Positions 10,314 through 20,233 of a stretch of 50,578 nt of DNA are shown here, in pieces. The DNA is taken from contig CAZTEJ010000003.1 of NCBI GenBank assembly GCA_964612605.1, positions 1 to 50,578 of the forward strand. Reading direction: 5' to 3'. The number at the start of each line of letters is the position of its first letter. Positions within the stretch are counted from its first letter, which is position 1. A model generated the notes under the pieces. That model was not told the origin of the DNA and did not search any database. It saw only the letters and a list, made by a program, of their open reading frames with translations. The position numbers were made by a program, and so were the translations under genes. Origin of the DNA: an uncultured Clostridium sp. (GTDB lineage: Bacteria > Bacillota_I > Bacilli_A > RF39 > UBA660).

Positions 10314-12734
10314 TTATCTTACAACAATATTAACAAGTTTCTTAGGAACAGTAATAACCTTAACAATCTCCTTACCATCCAAATAAACTTTAACATTATC
10401 AATTAACTTAGCGTTTTCAATCATTTCATCTTCACTAATATCACTAGAAACATCCATCTTACCTCTAACCTTACCATTAACCTGAACAACCAAAGTATAA
10501 CTATCCTTAACTAACTTAGACTCATCATAACTAGGCCAATTCTCATTAACAATATCCCCATTAAAGACTAATTCATAAAGTTCACTACTAATATGAGGAG
10601 CAAGTGGATTAAGTAAAATTAAAAATCTTCTATACTCATCCCTGGTAATATAACCACTTTCTTTAACCTTCTTAACAAAAGTCATCAAAGAAGCAATAGC
10701 AGTATTAAGTTTCAAATCCTCTAAATCCTCAGTAACCTTCTTAATTAAAATATTAATATCATAAACATGATTATCAGATACCTCTTCACCTTTAATCATA
10801 TCCTTCAAATCCCATACTTTATTTAAAAAATTAACAATCCCATTAATACCATCATAAGTCCACATCGTATTATCCTCATACCCAGCCAAGAAATGAACAT
10901 GCAACCTAGCAACATCAGCACCATACTTATCAATTACCTCTAACGGACTAACCCCATTAGTAGAACTCTTACTCATCTTACGACCAGTATCATCCAAAAT
11001 AAGACCACTACCCATTTTTCTAACAAAAGGATCCCTAGTAGGCACAGCGCCAATTTCATACAAGAAATTCTGCCAGAAAAATGCATAAAGAACATGCCTA
11101 GTAATATGCTCAGTACCACCAGTATAACAATCAACACTACCCCAATACTTTAACTTATCATAATCAGCTAAAACATTCTTATTAAAAGGATCAACATACC
11201 TTAACCAATACCAACTAGAACCAGCCCAGTTAGGCATAGTATCAGTTTCCCTCTTAGCAGGGCCACCACACTTAGGACACTTACAATTAACCCATTCATC
11301 AATCTTAGATAAAGGCGAAGCCCCATCCTCTCTAGGTAAATAATCATTAGTCTCAGGCAACCTTACAGGTAAATCTTCCTCATTAACAGCAACAGTACCA
11401 CACTTATCACAGAACACGATAGGAAAAGGTTCACCCCAATATCTTTGCCTGTTAAAAGACCAATCCTGCATCTTATAATTAACTTCCTTTTTACCAACAC
11501 CCATACCAATTAACTTATCAGCAATCTTTACCTTAGCTTCCTTTACACACATGCCACTAAACTCACCAGAATTAATTAACCTAGAATTCTTTTCTAAATA
11601 CTCCTTCTTCTCAAGTGCACAAGTACTAACATCACCCTCAATAACCTGAATCATAGGAATATTAAACTCCTTCGCAAACTCATAATCCCTTTGATCATGA
11701 GGAGCAACAGCCATAACAATACCAGTACCATAATTATTAAGAACAAAATCAGCAGTATAAATAGGAACTTTATATCCATTAACCGGATTAACAGCATAAA
11801 TACCATCAACCAAACAACCAGTCTTACACTTTTGATTACTAATTCTATCAAGTTCACTCCTATACTTAGTCTCATTTCTATACTTCAAAACATCATCTAA
11901 ATTACTAATATAACTACTAAGTTCATTAATCAAATCATGTTCAGGAGCCATAACCAAAAAACTTATACCATAAATAGTTTCAATACAAGTAGTATAAATA
12001 TCAGCCTTACTTAAAACATTATCATCACCATCGACAATATCAAAACTAACCCTCATACCTTCACTTTTACCAATCCAATTTCTTTGAAGTTCCTTCAAGT
12101 TCTCATTCATCCTAATATTATCAACATTATCAAGAAGTTTTTCAGAATACTCCTTCATCTTTAAGAACCATACCCATCTTTCCTCTTGAACTACCTTACC
12201 ATGACATCTATCACATTCTCCACCCTGAGAATCTTCATTAGATAAAACAGTCTTACAAGTAGGGCAAAAATTAACAATACCTTTCTTCTTATAAGCCTTA
12301 CCATTCTTAAAAAATTGTAAAAAAATCCATTGAGTCCACTTATAATAATCCTCATCACTAGTAGCAAAAGCCCTATCATAATCAAAAGACAAACCTATCT
12401 TCTTAGATTGATTTAAAATATTATTCATCCCATTAGCAACAAAATCCCTTGGATTAATACCAGTCTTAATAGCCGCATTCTCAGCAGGCAAACCAAAAGA
12501 ATCACCACCAATAGGAAATAAAACATTATACCCCTGTAACCTTTTCATACGAGCAAGAGCATCAGCAGGAACACTTCCCTTCAAATGACCCATATGTAAA
12601 TTACCACTTATATTATAAAACTCATACAAAACATAATACTTAGGCTTAGTAGGATGAAAATCTATTGCCCTAAAAGACTTATTCTCATCCCATCTCCTTT
12701 GCCATTTATCCTCAATACTTTTAAAATCATACAT
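10314..12734 (-). CDS. leuS: Leucine--tRNA ligase
   Basis: HMGH, DSFGLPAENAAI, RQRYWGEPFP, KMSKS, VQVNGKVRG. Confidence 0.96.
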   Translation of the reverse strand: MYDFKSIEDKWQRRWDENKSFRAIDFHPTKPKYYVLYEFYNISGNLHMGHLKGSVPADALARMKRLQGYNVLFPIGGDSFGLPAENAAIKTGINPRDFVANGMNNILNQSKKIGLSFDYDRAFATSDEDYYKWTQWIFLQFFKNGKAYKKKGIVNFCPTCKTVLSNEDSQGGECDRCHGKVVQEERWVWFLKMKEYSEKLLDNVDNIRMNENLKELQRNWIGKSEGMRVSFDIVDGDDNVLSKADIYTTCIETIYGISFLVMAPEHDLINELSSYISNLDDVLKYRNETKYRSELDRISNQKCKTGCLVDGIYAVNPVNGYKVPIYTADFVLNNYGTGIVMAVAPHDQRDYEFAKEFNIPMIQVIEGDVSTCALEKKEYLEKNSRLINSGEFSGMCVKEAKVKIADKLIGMGVGKKEVNYKMQDWSFNRQRYWGEPFPIVFCDKCGTVAVNEEDLPVRLPETNDYLPREDGASPLSKIDEWVNCKCPKCGGPAKRETDTMPNWAGSSWYWLRYVDPFNKNVLADYDKLKYWGSVDCYTGGTEHITRHVLYAFFWQNFLYEIGAVPTRDPFVRKMGSGLILDDTGRKMSKSSTNGVSPLEVIDKYGADVARLHVHFLAGYEDNTMWTYDGINGIVNFLNKVWDLKDMIKGEEVSDNHVYDINILIKKVTEDLEDLKLNTAIASLMTFVKKVKESGYITRDEYRRFLILLNPLAPHISSELYELVFNGDIVNENWPSYDESKLVKDSYTLVVQVNGKVRGKMDVSSDISEDEMIENAKLIDNVKVYLDGKEIVKVITVPKKLVNIVVR

Positions 12735-12799
12735 AAGAAATACCTTCTTTCACGCTAATTATTATACCATATCAAAAATTTAATTAATAGATAAAAACA

Positions 12800-14239
12800 C
12801 TACTTTCCACAAAACTCTTTAATCTTCCTTTTAGCTAAACTAGTTACAACAATATCCTCCCACTCAGCCTTAGGGCCATAAATATACTCATTACAAATAA
12901 GTCTTACCCTATCCTTATTACTTAAAACAAAATCCGGATAAACCTTTCTATCATTAACATAAGCCCCAACAAGCTTATTACCAAAATCATCACCAATCTT
13001 ATAAGCATAATCAATCAAAGTAGAATCCTTAGGAAGTTCAATATATTCCCCCTTAGAATTATAAACATAAATCTTATCACCAAAAAGTTCCCTTTTAACC
13101 TGATTAACAAACTCACGATTATCACCAAACATCGAATCAAACTGAGTTAAAGAGTTAAAAGTCTGAGACTTCTTCCTAAGTTCCTCCTGCATAACATACC
13201 TCGCATTACCTTTCTGATAATCCCAATAAGCAGTTAACCCAAAAGAAGCAACCTTATCCATATAAAATGTTCTAATCTGAGTTTGAACAAGCCTATCATC
13301 TGGGCCAAACACAGTAGTATGCAAACTCTTATACATATTAGTTTTCGGATTACAAATATAATCCTTAAATTTATTATTAATCGGATGATATAAACTATGA
13401 ATCAACCCCATAGACCTATAACAATTACCAACATCATCAACCATAATCTTCAAAGCAAGTAAATCATGAATATCAGAAATCTTATTTCCTTCACTTAACC
13501 TCTTATAAATACCATAAATATTCTTAGTCCTAATCTTAATCTCATTAGGAATATTATTATCACATAATATACTATTAATATTATAAAGCATTTCACTCAA
13601 ACAATCCTTACTACTAATCTCAATATTATACTTCATTTCTTCAATATTCTTATAGACATCAGGTTTCAAATAACTTAAAGACAAATCCTCAAGCTCAGAC
13701 TTAATCCTATAAGCACCAATACAATAAGCAAGAGGAACAAAAATCTCCATAGTCTCCAAACTATTCTCCTTCTGCTTAACATCACTCTTAAACTCTAAAG
13801 TCCTCATATTATGAAGCCTATCAGCAAGCTTAACAATAATAATCCTAACATCATCAGTAATTCCAGTAATAATCTTTCTCGTATTAGCATAATTCTGATC
13901 ATCCTTAGTAGAAAAATTCAATCTAGAAATCTTAGTAACCCCATCAACAAGCTTAGCAACATCACTACCAAACTCACATTCAATATCTTCCTTACTAACA
14001 TGAGTATCCTCCAAAGTATCATGCAACAACCCAGCAATAACCGTATCCCTATCAGCATGCATATCAGCTAAAATATAAGCAACATTAAGAGGATGACTAA
14101 TATAAGGTTCCCCACTTTGTCTATATTGACCAGCATGTAACCTTTCAGCAAACTCATAAGCCCTAGTAATACTAATAACTTCCTCTTCATTATAACTCTT
14201 TAACTTCATAATTAAATCATCAAAACTAATCATAAACAA
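12800..14239 (-). CDS. Short RelA/SpoT homologue (HD hydrolase, synthetase-like and TGS domains; no C-terminal ACT)
   Basis: HAGQYRQSGEPYISHP, LLHDTLED, KLADRLHNMRT, YKSLHTT and a TGS-like LPKDSTLIDYAY segment. Confidence 0.88.
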   Translation of the reverse strand: MFMISFDDLIMKLKSYNEEEVISITRAYEFAERLHAGQYRQSGEPYISHPLNVAYILADMHADRDTVIAGLLHDTLEDTHVSKEDIECEFGSDVAKLVDGVTKISRLNFSTKDDQNYANTRKIITGITDDVRIIIVKLADRLHNMRTLEFKSDVKQKENSLETMEIFVPLAYCIGAYRIKSELEDLSLSYLKPDVYKNIEEMKYNIEISSKDCLSEMLYNINSILCDNNIPNEIKIRTKNIYGIYKRLSEGNKISDIHDLLALKIMVDDVGNCYRSMGLIHSLYHPINNKFKDYICNPKTNMYKSLHTTVFGPDDRLVQTQIRTFYMDKVASFGLTAYWDYQKGNARYVMQEELRKKSQTFNSLTQFDSMFGDNREFVNQVKRELFGDKIYVYNSKGEYIELPKDSTLIDYAYKIGDDFGNKLVGAYVNDRKVYPDFVLSNKDRVRLICNEYIYGPKAEWEDIVVTSLAKRKIKEFCGK

Positions 14240-14252
14240 CTACCTCCCTTAT

Positions 14253-14287
14253 AAAAAAATTGCAGACTAAATTAGCCCGCAAAAAAC
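14253..14287 (-). terminator. Terminator-like hairpin in the 5' leader of the rel-like gene
   Basis: - strand ttgcgggct-aattt-agtctgcaa-T7, just upstream of the GGGAGG RBS. Confidence 0.6.
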
Positions 14288-14371
14288 CATTACCTTAAAA
14301 GAACAAAAATTAATACATATATTAAACTTACACATAAACTAATCCATCCCTTCAAAATAAATATTAAACAT

Positions 14372-14400
14372 AATCTACCACTTAATACCTACCTTGTCAA
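14372..14400 (-). promoter_or_regulatory. Sigma-A-type promoter upstream of the rel-like leader
   Basis: TTGACA-17 bp-TAGATT on the - strand. Confidence 0.6.
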
Positions 14401-14435
14401 GTAAAAATTAATCTATATTTCACAAAAACCTTCAC

Positions 14436-15182
14436 CTATATTTCACTATAACTCTTAACATCAATTACTTCTTTAACACTAACATTCTTCTTATAAACCT
14501 CATAAACAGTAACCAAATCATAATCAAACTCAGTAATACCAATATACTTATACAACTTCTTAATATCACTATCACTTAAACTATCTATATTAATTAATTT
14601 ATAACTATCATCCAAACTCTTACTTAACTTAACATAATCTAAAATATTTCTATAATTAAGTTTAGAAGTAACCAAAACAACATTAACATTATTCTTCCCC
14701 TTATACAACTTAACAAACTCATCAACATTAATAAAATACCTATCATCAAACTTTAAATTAAACAACTCATTATACTTCTCTTCACTAAGATTATTATCCT
14801 CAATAAACTTATACTCAAAAGCAAGTTCTTCACTACTATATAAAGTTCTCTCTTCACCATTTAAAGTAACAACTAATTTTTCATCATCATACGTAGCAAT
14901 ATAAATCTTATTATTCTTAATATTACAATCCAATTTAATAATGTTACTAGAATTATTATACTTAAAAGTATTACAATTCAAATACCTATCCTCATTACTA
15001 TCCTTATTCTTAAAACTAAACTTATTATCCTCAAGTTTTAAAACAAAAATCTCATTATTATCTACCAAAAACCATTCATGACCAGCAAGTTTCTCATCAG
15101 GAATATCACTAAAATCATAAATAAGAATTGCTCCCATAAACAACACAGATAAAACTAAAATAAGAACTACACCTTTTTTCAT
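14436..15182 (-). CDS. Hypothetical membrane-anchored protein
   Basis: 248-aa ORF, N-terminal TM segment, host-like codon skew. Confidence 0.7.
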   Translation of the reverse strand: MKKGVVLILVLSVLFMGAILIYDFSDIPDEKLAGHEWFLVDNNEIFVLKLEDNKFSFKNKDSNEDRYLNCNTFKYNNSSNIIKLDCNIKNNKIYIATYDDEKLVVTLNGEERTLYSSEELAFEYKFIEDNNLSEEKYNELFNLKFDDRYFINVDEFVKLYKGKNNVNVVLVTSKLNYRNILDYVKLSKSLDDSYKLINIDSLSDSDIKKLYKYIGITEFDYDLVTVYEVYKKNVSVKEVIDVKSYSEI

Positions 15183-15194
15183 ACATCATCAACC

Positions 15195-15998
15195 TTATCT
15201 TAATACAAAGTATAACATAACTATAATACTAAGAACAATACGATAATAACCAAAAACCTTAAAATCATTCTTCTTAATATACTTAAGCAAATACTTAATT
15301 GAAACAAGAGAAACCACAAACGCAGTAACCATTCCAACAACTAAAATTATAACCTCATTTAAAGAAAAAGTAAAACCAAACTTAACAACCTTTAACAAAC
15401 TAGCACCAAACATAACCGGAATAGCCATATAAAAAGTAAAATTAGTAATACTAGTTCTATCCAACCCCATCTCCAAACCACCTATTATCGTAGAACCACT
15501 CCTACTAGTTCCCGGAATAATAGATAAAACCTGAAACAAACCTACCTTAAAAGCATCACTAAAAGAAATATCATTCTTACAACTTTGCTTCCTATGATTC
15601 TCAACCACAATAAAAAGTACCCCATAAATAAACAACGTAATAGCCACAGTCCAAGCATTATAAAAATGAGCATCAATCCAATCATCAAATAAAATACCAA
15701 CAATACCACAAGGAATACATCCAACTAAAATCTTTCCCCATAACACAAAAGTATTCTTAGTATCCTCTTTACTCTTACCAAATCCCCAAGGAAACAAATC
15801 CTTAAAATAAATCACCACAACAGCCATAATTGCACCAAGTTGAATAACAACCTCAAACATCTTCCAAAACTCATCACTAACATTAAGCTTAATAAACTCA
15901 TTAACTAAAATCATATGACCAGTACTACTAATAGGAAGCCACTCCGTAATCCCCTCAACAATACCAATTATTATAGTCTTAATAACATCCAATAACAT
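15195..15998 (-). CDS. uppP: Undecaprenyl-diphosphate phosphatase
   Basis: GIVEGITEWLPISSTGH and PGTSRSGSTI. Confidence 0.96.
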   Translation of the reverse strand: MLLDVIKTIIIGIVEGITEWLPISSTGHMILVNEFIKLNVSDEFWKMFEVVIQLGAIMAVVVIYFKDLFPWGFGKSKEDTKNTFVLWGKILVGCIPCGIVGILFDDWIDAHFYNAWTVAITLFIYGVLFIVVENHRKQSCKNDISFSDAFKVGLFQVLSIIPGTSRSGSTIIGGLEMGLDRTSITNFTFYMAIPVMFGASLLKVVKFGFTFSLNEVIILVVGMVTAFVVSLVSIKYLLKYIKKNDFKVFGYYRIVLSIIVMLYFVLR

Positions 15999-16001
15999 AA
16001 A

Positions 16002-16754
16002 CTAACTAACCTTTCCTTTCTGAATCTTATATAAAATCTTAAGTTGTAATTTATAAGGAACAAACCTAGAACCAAAAGCCATTAACTTCATCATAGTACC
16101 AGGAATAATAATCAATTTCCCCTTCAAAGTCTTATCAATCGCATACCTAGCAACATCCCTACTATTCATACTTTTAGTTTTAAAAGACCCACCAGCAACC
16201 TTATTAAAATTCGTATCAACGGGACCAGGACACAAACAACTAACCGTAACCTTAGAATGTAATCTATTAAGTTCCTCACTTAAAGCCATAGTTAACTTCA
16301 AAACATAATTCTTAGTTGCATAATAAGTATTCAAATAAGGACCAGCAAAAAAACCAGCAATAGATGCAACATTAAGAATCTTACCCTTATTATATTTAAC
16401 CATATCCTTATAAAATAACTTAGTTAAAACATGTACAGCCCTAATATTTACATCAATCATATTAAGTTCCTTATCCAAATCAGTTTCATTAAAATAACCA
16501 AACAACCCAAATCCAGCATTATTAACTAATAAATCAATCTTTTCATTCTTAACTTTCTCATATAACTTATAAATATTATTAACATCACTTAAATCATAAT
16601 CAAATATAGCCTTAGAATTATTACACAAATTAGATACATCTTGTAATTTATCTTTATCCTTACCAACCAAAAATAACTCATAACCTAAACTATCTAAATA
16701 AATAGCCATCTCCCTACCAATACCAGAACTAGCTCCAGTAATTAATGCCTTCAT
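16002..16754 (-). CDS. Short-chain dehydrogenase/reductase
   Basis: TGASSGIG, NNAGFG and YYATK catalytic motif. Confidence 0.93.
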   Translation of the reverse strand: MKALITGASSGIGREMAIYLDSLGYELFLVGKDKDKLQDVSNLCNNSKAIFDYDLSDVNNIYKLYEKVKNEKIDLLVNNAGFGLFGYFNETDLDKELNMIDVNIRAVHVLTKLFYKDMVKYNKGKILNVASIAGFFAGPYLNTYYATKNYVLKLTMALSEELNRLHSKVTVSCLCPGPVDTNFNKVAGGSFKTKSMNSRDVARYAIDKTLKGKLIIIPGTMMKLMAFGSRFVPYKLQLKILYKIQKGKVS

Positions 16755-17374
16755 AACAAATTCCTTCTTTCTATAAATAATTTACTTATATATAACACAA
16801 TTAAACCATATAAATATCCACCAATAATATCACTAAAATAATGAACACCTAAATAAATTCTACTTAAACCAATTAACAAAATTAAACAAAATAATAAACA
16901 ATTAATAATAACTTTATACCTTTTATCTATCTTATTCTTATTAAGAACATACCCCAAACAACCATAAAAAACCATTGCCATCATCGAATGCCCACTAGGA
17001 AAACTATAATTACTCTCCTCAACAAGCCAATAAAGCATCAAAGGTCTATCCCTACCAACAATAAACTTAATAACTAAATTAAACAAAGTAGAACTAATAA
17101 TAATTAAAATTAAATATAAAAATTTCCTATCTTTACTATAATAATAAATAATAAAAGATAAAATACAAATCATAATAATAAACTTAACACTAGCAAAAAA
17201 AGTAATAAACTTAAACACCAAAGTTAACCCAGTACATCTAAAAGACTCAATAAATTTATATACAACCATATCAAAACCATATAGTCCATTAAAATAAACT
17301 AAAAAAGTCCATAACAAAGTAAAAAAACATAAAATAATAAACATATTCTTTTTCATAAATAAATTATATAACAT
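16751..17374 (-). CDS. PAP2-family membrane phosphatase
   Basis: KxxxGRDRP, SFPSGH, SRIYLGVHYFSD. Confidence 0.92.
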   Translation of the reverse strand: MLYNLFMKKNMFIILCFFTLLWTFLVYFNGLYGFDMVVYKFIESFRCTGLTLVFKFITFFASVKFIIMICILSFIIYYYSKDRKFLYLILIIISSTLFNLVIKFIVGRDRPLMLYWLVEESNYSFPSGHSMMAMVFYGCLGYVLNKNKIDKRYKVIINCLLFCLILLIGLSRIYLGVHYFSDIIGGYLYGLIVLYISKLFIERRNLL

Positions 17375-17395
17375 AACAAATAAAATATCTATAAA

Positions 17396-17818
17396 TTAAT
17401 ACAATTCTTGACAAACATTACTATCAGGCTTATAAAAACAATGATTCTTATAAGAACCAGCATAAGGTTGATCATACCAAGAAGTCTTACAAGAACTAGA
17501 ACCAGGAGCATAAAACCATAAAGAATGAGTAGCCGGATAATAATATTCACCCCTTAAACACCTCTTAGCAAGTTCCTTCTCCTTAGTAGTTGCACTACCA
17601 ATATATAAAGAACTATTAATACCACTAAACCCACCAGGACTCTGATTAACAACATCACTAATACTCCTAATATTCTTAAACGTATAACAAGAAGCAATTG
17701 CCCTATTAACAATCACATTACCAACCATAAGCATACCCAAATTCCCCTCAGCTAAAGCCTCAGCCCTCATAAGCCTAGCCATCATATCAAGTTCTTTACT
17801 AGTATAATTAATTAACAT
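17396..17818 (-). CDS. cwlJ: Spore cortex-lytic cell wall hydrolase (CwlJ/SleB family)
   Basis: MARLMRAEA.AEG.LGMLMVGNVIVNR and C-terminal HCFY; 140 aa without a signal peptide. Confidence 0.85.
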   Translation of the reverse strand: MLINYTSKELDMMARLMRAEALAEGNLGMLMVGNVIVNRAIASCYTFKNIRSISDVVNQSPGGFSGINSSLYIGSATTKEKELAKRCLRGEYYYPATHSLWFYAPGSSSCKTSWYDQPYAGSYKNHCFYKPDSNVCQELY

Positions 17819-17832
17819 AAAATCACCAATTA

Positions 17833-17861
17833 ATTATATGAATTTAACATAAAATTATTGA
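17833..17861 (-). promoter_or_regulatory. Sigma-E-like sporulation promoter of cwlJ
   Basis: TCAATAA-14 bp-CATATAAT. Confidence 0.55.
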
Positions 17862-17897
17862 AATAATATAAAAATATGCTATAATTAACTTATCCAC

Positions 17898-17971
17898 AGG
17901 GGTGTGGTATAATGGTAGCATAGGAGTCTCCAAAACTTTTGATGGGAGTTCGATTCTCTCCACCCCTGCCA
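17898..17971 (+). tRNA. tRNA-Trp(CCA)
   Basis: AGGGGTG/CACCCCT acceptor stem, CT-CCA-AA anticodon loop, GTTCGATTC T-loop, encoded CCA end. Confidence 0.93.
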
Positions 17972-18045
17972 ATTAGAAAATAAATACGATTTATCAAATT
18001 TACATAAATAAATCGTTTTTTTATATAAAAGACAGGATTGATAAT

Positions 18046-18654
18046 ATGTTAGAAAACAAATTAAACATTAAAAATGAAATAGACCTTGCTAAAGAAGAAG
18101 AAAAAATTACAAAACTAAAAGCTTTAGAACTATTTGATACAAACAAAATTAATGAATTTGAAGTAGGAACATTTAATGGATTATCAGAAATTCATAAATA
18201 TCTATTTAACGATATATATTATTTTGCAGGAAAAGTAAGAACAGATAATATTGCAAAAGGAAACTTTAGGTTTGCATCCGCATTATATCTAGAAGATATA
18301 TTAAAAAAAATAAATAAAATGCCACAATCAAATTTTGACGAAATAATACAAAAATATATAGAAATGAATATTGCTCACCCTTTCCGTGAAGGAAACGGAA
18401 GAAGTACACGTATTTGGTTAGATATGATCCTAAAAAAAGAACTTAATAAAGTAATTGATTGGAGTAAAATAAAAAAAGAAGATTATTTACTAGCAATGGA
18501 AAGAAGTCCTATTAAAGACACTGAAATAAAATTTCTATTAAAATCCGCATTAACCAATAACATAAATGATAGAACAATATATATGAAAGGAATAGATGCA
18601 AGCTATCATTACGAAGGATACAACACATATTCTATAGAAAATTTAAATAGATAA
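18046..18654 (+). CDS. Fic-family adenylyltransferase, class III type
   Basis: HPFREGNGRSTR catalytic motif and C-terminal SYHYEG inhibitory motif. Confidence 0.9.
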   Translation: MLENKLNIKNEIDLAKEEEKITKLKALELFDTNKINEFEVGTFNGLSEIHKYLFNDIYYFAGKVRTDNIAKGNFRFASALYLEDILKKINKMPQSNFDEIIQKYIEMNIAHPFREGNGRSTRIWLDMILKKELNKVIDWSKIKKEDYLLAMERSPIKDTEIKFLLKSALTNNINDRTIYMKGIDASYHYEGYNTYSIENLNR

Positions 18655-18693
18655 AAAAGAATGGTAAAACCAATAAACATACCATTCTTTTTT
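18653..18693. terminator. Bidirectional terminator
   Basis: aaaaaagaatggta...taccattctttttt between convergent genes. Confidence 0.7.
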
Positions 18694-19246
18694 ATCTATT
18701 ATACTTATACTTCTCATATAACTTCTTAAACCTATTATAATGAACAATCTCCCTCTGTCTTAAAAACAACAAAATATTAATTAATTCAGGATCCTCAGCA
18801 ATATCAATCAAATGCTCATAAGTAACCCTAGCCTTCTCCTCAGCAGCCATATCCTCAGCCAAATCAGCAACCGCATCACCAACACTAGCAAAATAACTAA
18901 CAGTAAACCCATCCCCATTCGAATTAATCGGATAAATACCACAACCATTTTCAACAAAAGCACTAGTTAAACCATTCTCCTCTAATTCTTCTTTAGAAGC
19001 ACCATCCAACAATTGATGAACCATAACACAAATCATCTCAGCATGACCAAACTCCTCAGTCGCAATATCATTAAGCAAAGCCCTTCCCTCATCAGTAGGC
19101 ATACTAAACTTCTGACTAAAATACCTCAAAGCAGCACCAAGTTCCCCATTCGCACCTCCATACTGAGTAATTAAATACTTAGCCATCTTAATATCCTTCT
19201 TCTTCAAATTAATCGGAAAAGGAAGCATCTTCTTATACTTAAACAT
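18692..19246 (-). CDS. cotJC: Spore coat manganese-catalase-family protein
   Basis: QYGGANGELGAALRY, IATEEFGHAEM, QREIVHYNRF; downstream of cotJB. Confidence 0.9.
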   Translation of the reverse strand: MFKYKKMLPFPINLKKKDIKMAKYLITQYGGANGELGAALRYFSQKFSMPTDEGRALLNDIATEEFGHAEMICVMVHQLLDGASKEELEENGLTSAFVENGCGIYPINSNGDGFTVSYFASVGDAVADLAEDMAAEEKARVTYEHLIDIAEDPELINILLFLRQREIVHYNRFKKLYEKYKYNR

Positions 19247-19247
19247 A

Positions 19248-19652
19248 TTATCTATCTCCTTCCCAAGGCCACTTACCCATATACCAAGTATACCTATCCT
19301 TCAAATCATCATTCAAAGATAAAACCTCATACCTATCCTCATACTCTTTAACTAAAACCTTTAACTTTTCATTATAAACCTTAAAAAGTTCAAACAACTT
19401 TCTATTATCAGGTTCCAAATCAAGTTTTAAATTCAAATCATCAACCGCAAAACAATACTCCCTTATCTTCAAAAGCAAACTATCTTTCTCATTACCAGCA
19501 CTTAACCTATAAGGTTTATAATTTTTATAAGGAATATATTCATCCAAAAACATATTACCAAGAGTTAATCCCTCATCAGGTTCTAAAACACTATCCCTTT
19601 CCAAATTAAAATAATTCTTAAAAATATCATCATCTAAACTGCTAAACAACAT
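19248..19652 (-). CDS. cotJB: Spore coat protein CotJB (with CotJA-like N-terminal segment)
   Basis: EGLTLGNMF..EY.PY, FAVDDLNLKLD..P, W.W....WPWE. Start placed at ATG 19652 behind AGGAGG. Confidence 0.8.
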   Translation of the reverse strand: MLFSSLDDDIFKNYFNLERDSVLEPDEGLTLGNMFLDEYIPYKNYKPYRLSAGNEKDSLLLKIREYCFAVDDLNLKLDLEPDNRKLFELFKVYNEKLKVLVKEYEDRYEVLSLNDDLKDRYTWYMGKWPWEGDR

Positions 19653-19737
19653 ACATACCTCCTTAAATATAATATGAATAAATAAAATAAATGACATAAA
19701 ATAATTTATTTAGCCATAATAAAAAAGAGGTAAAATA

Positions 19738-20232
19738 ATGATAATAACATGTATAAAAATATTTACAGCAAGAATACTAGACGTAACCCTAGGAACCATT
19801 AAAACATTCTTTATATTTAAAGAAAACAAACTAACATCCTTCATAATCTCATTCTTCGAAGTACTAGTCTGGTTCTATGCAGCAAGATCAGCCCTAACAA
19901 AAGAAATCAATACAATCCTAATACCGATATCATACTCCCTAGGTTACGCATCAGGTACCTATATAGGGACATATATATCAACCAAATACATCAAAGGACA
20001 CCTTACCGTAACCATAATATCAAACAAAATAACAAACAAAGACATTCAAAAACTAAAAACAAACAACTTCGGAATAACATCAATAAAAACAGAAAACAAT
20101 AAAAAACTACTATTAATAGAAATACCAAAATCAAGACTAAACGAACTAAAAAAAACTATATCTAACATAGATAATAGTTCATTCATAATAATTAACGACA
20201 CCAAACTAGTACAAAACGGATATCTAAAATAA
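19738..20232 (+). CDS. UPF0316/DUF5698-type membrane protein
   Basis: IFTARILDVTLGTIKT, FFEVLVW, YSLGYASGTYIG. Confidence 0.8.
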   Translation: MIITCIKIFTARILDVTLGTIKTFFIFKENKLTSFIISFFEVLVWFYAARSALTKEINTILIPISYSLGYASGTYIGTYISTKYIKGHLTVTIISNKITNKDIQKLKTNNFGITSIKTENNKKLLLIEIPKSRLNELKKTISNIDNSSFIIINDTKLVQNGYLK

Positions 20233-20233
20233 A

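Noticed and set aside
17890-17898. Perfect DnaA box TTATCCACA
   Set aside because: Single copy overlapping the tRNA-Trp 5' end; no cluster, no dnaA, and no skew switch.
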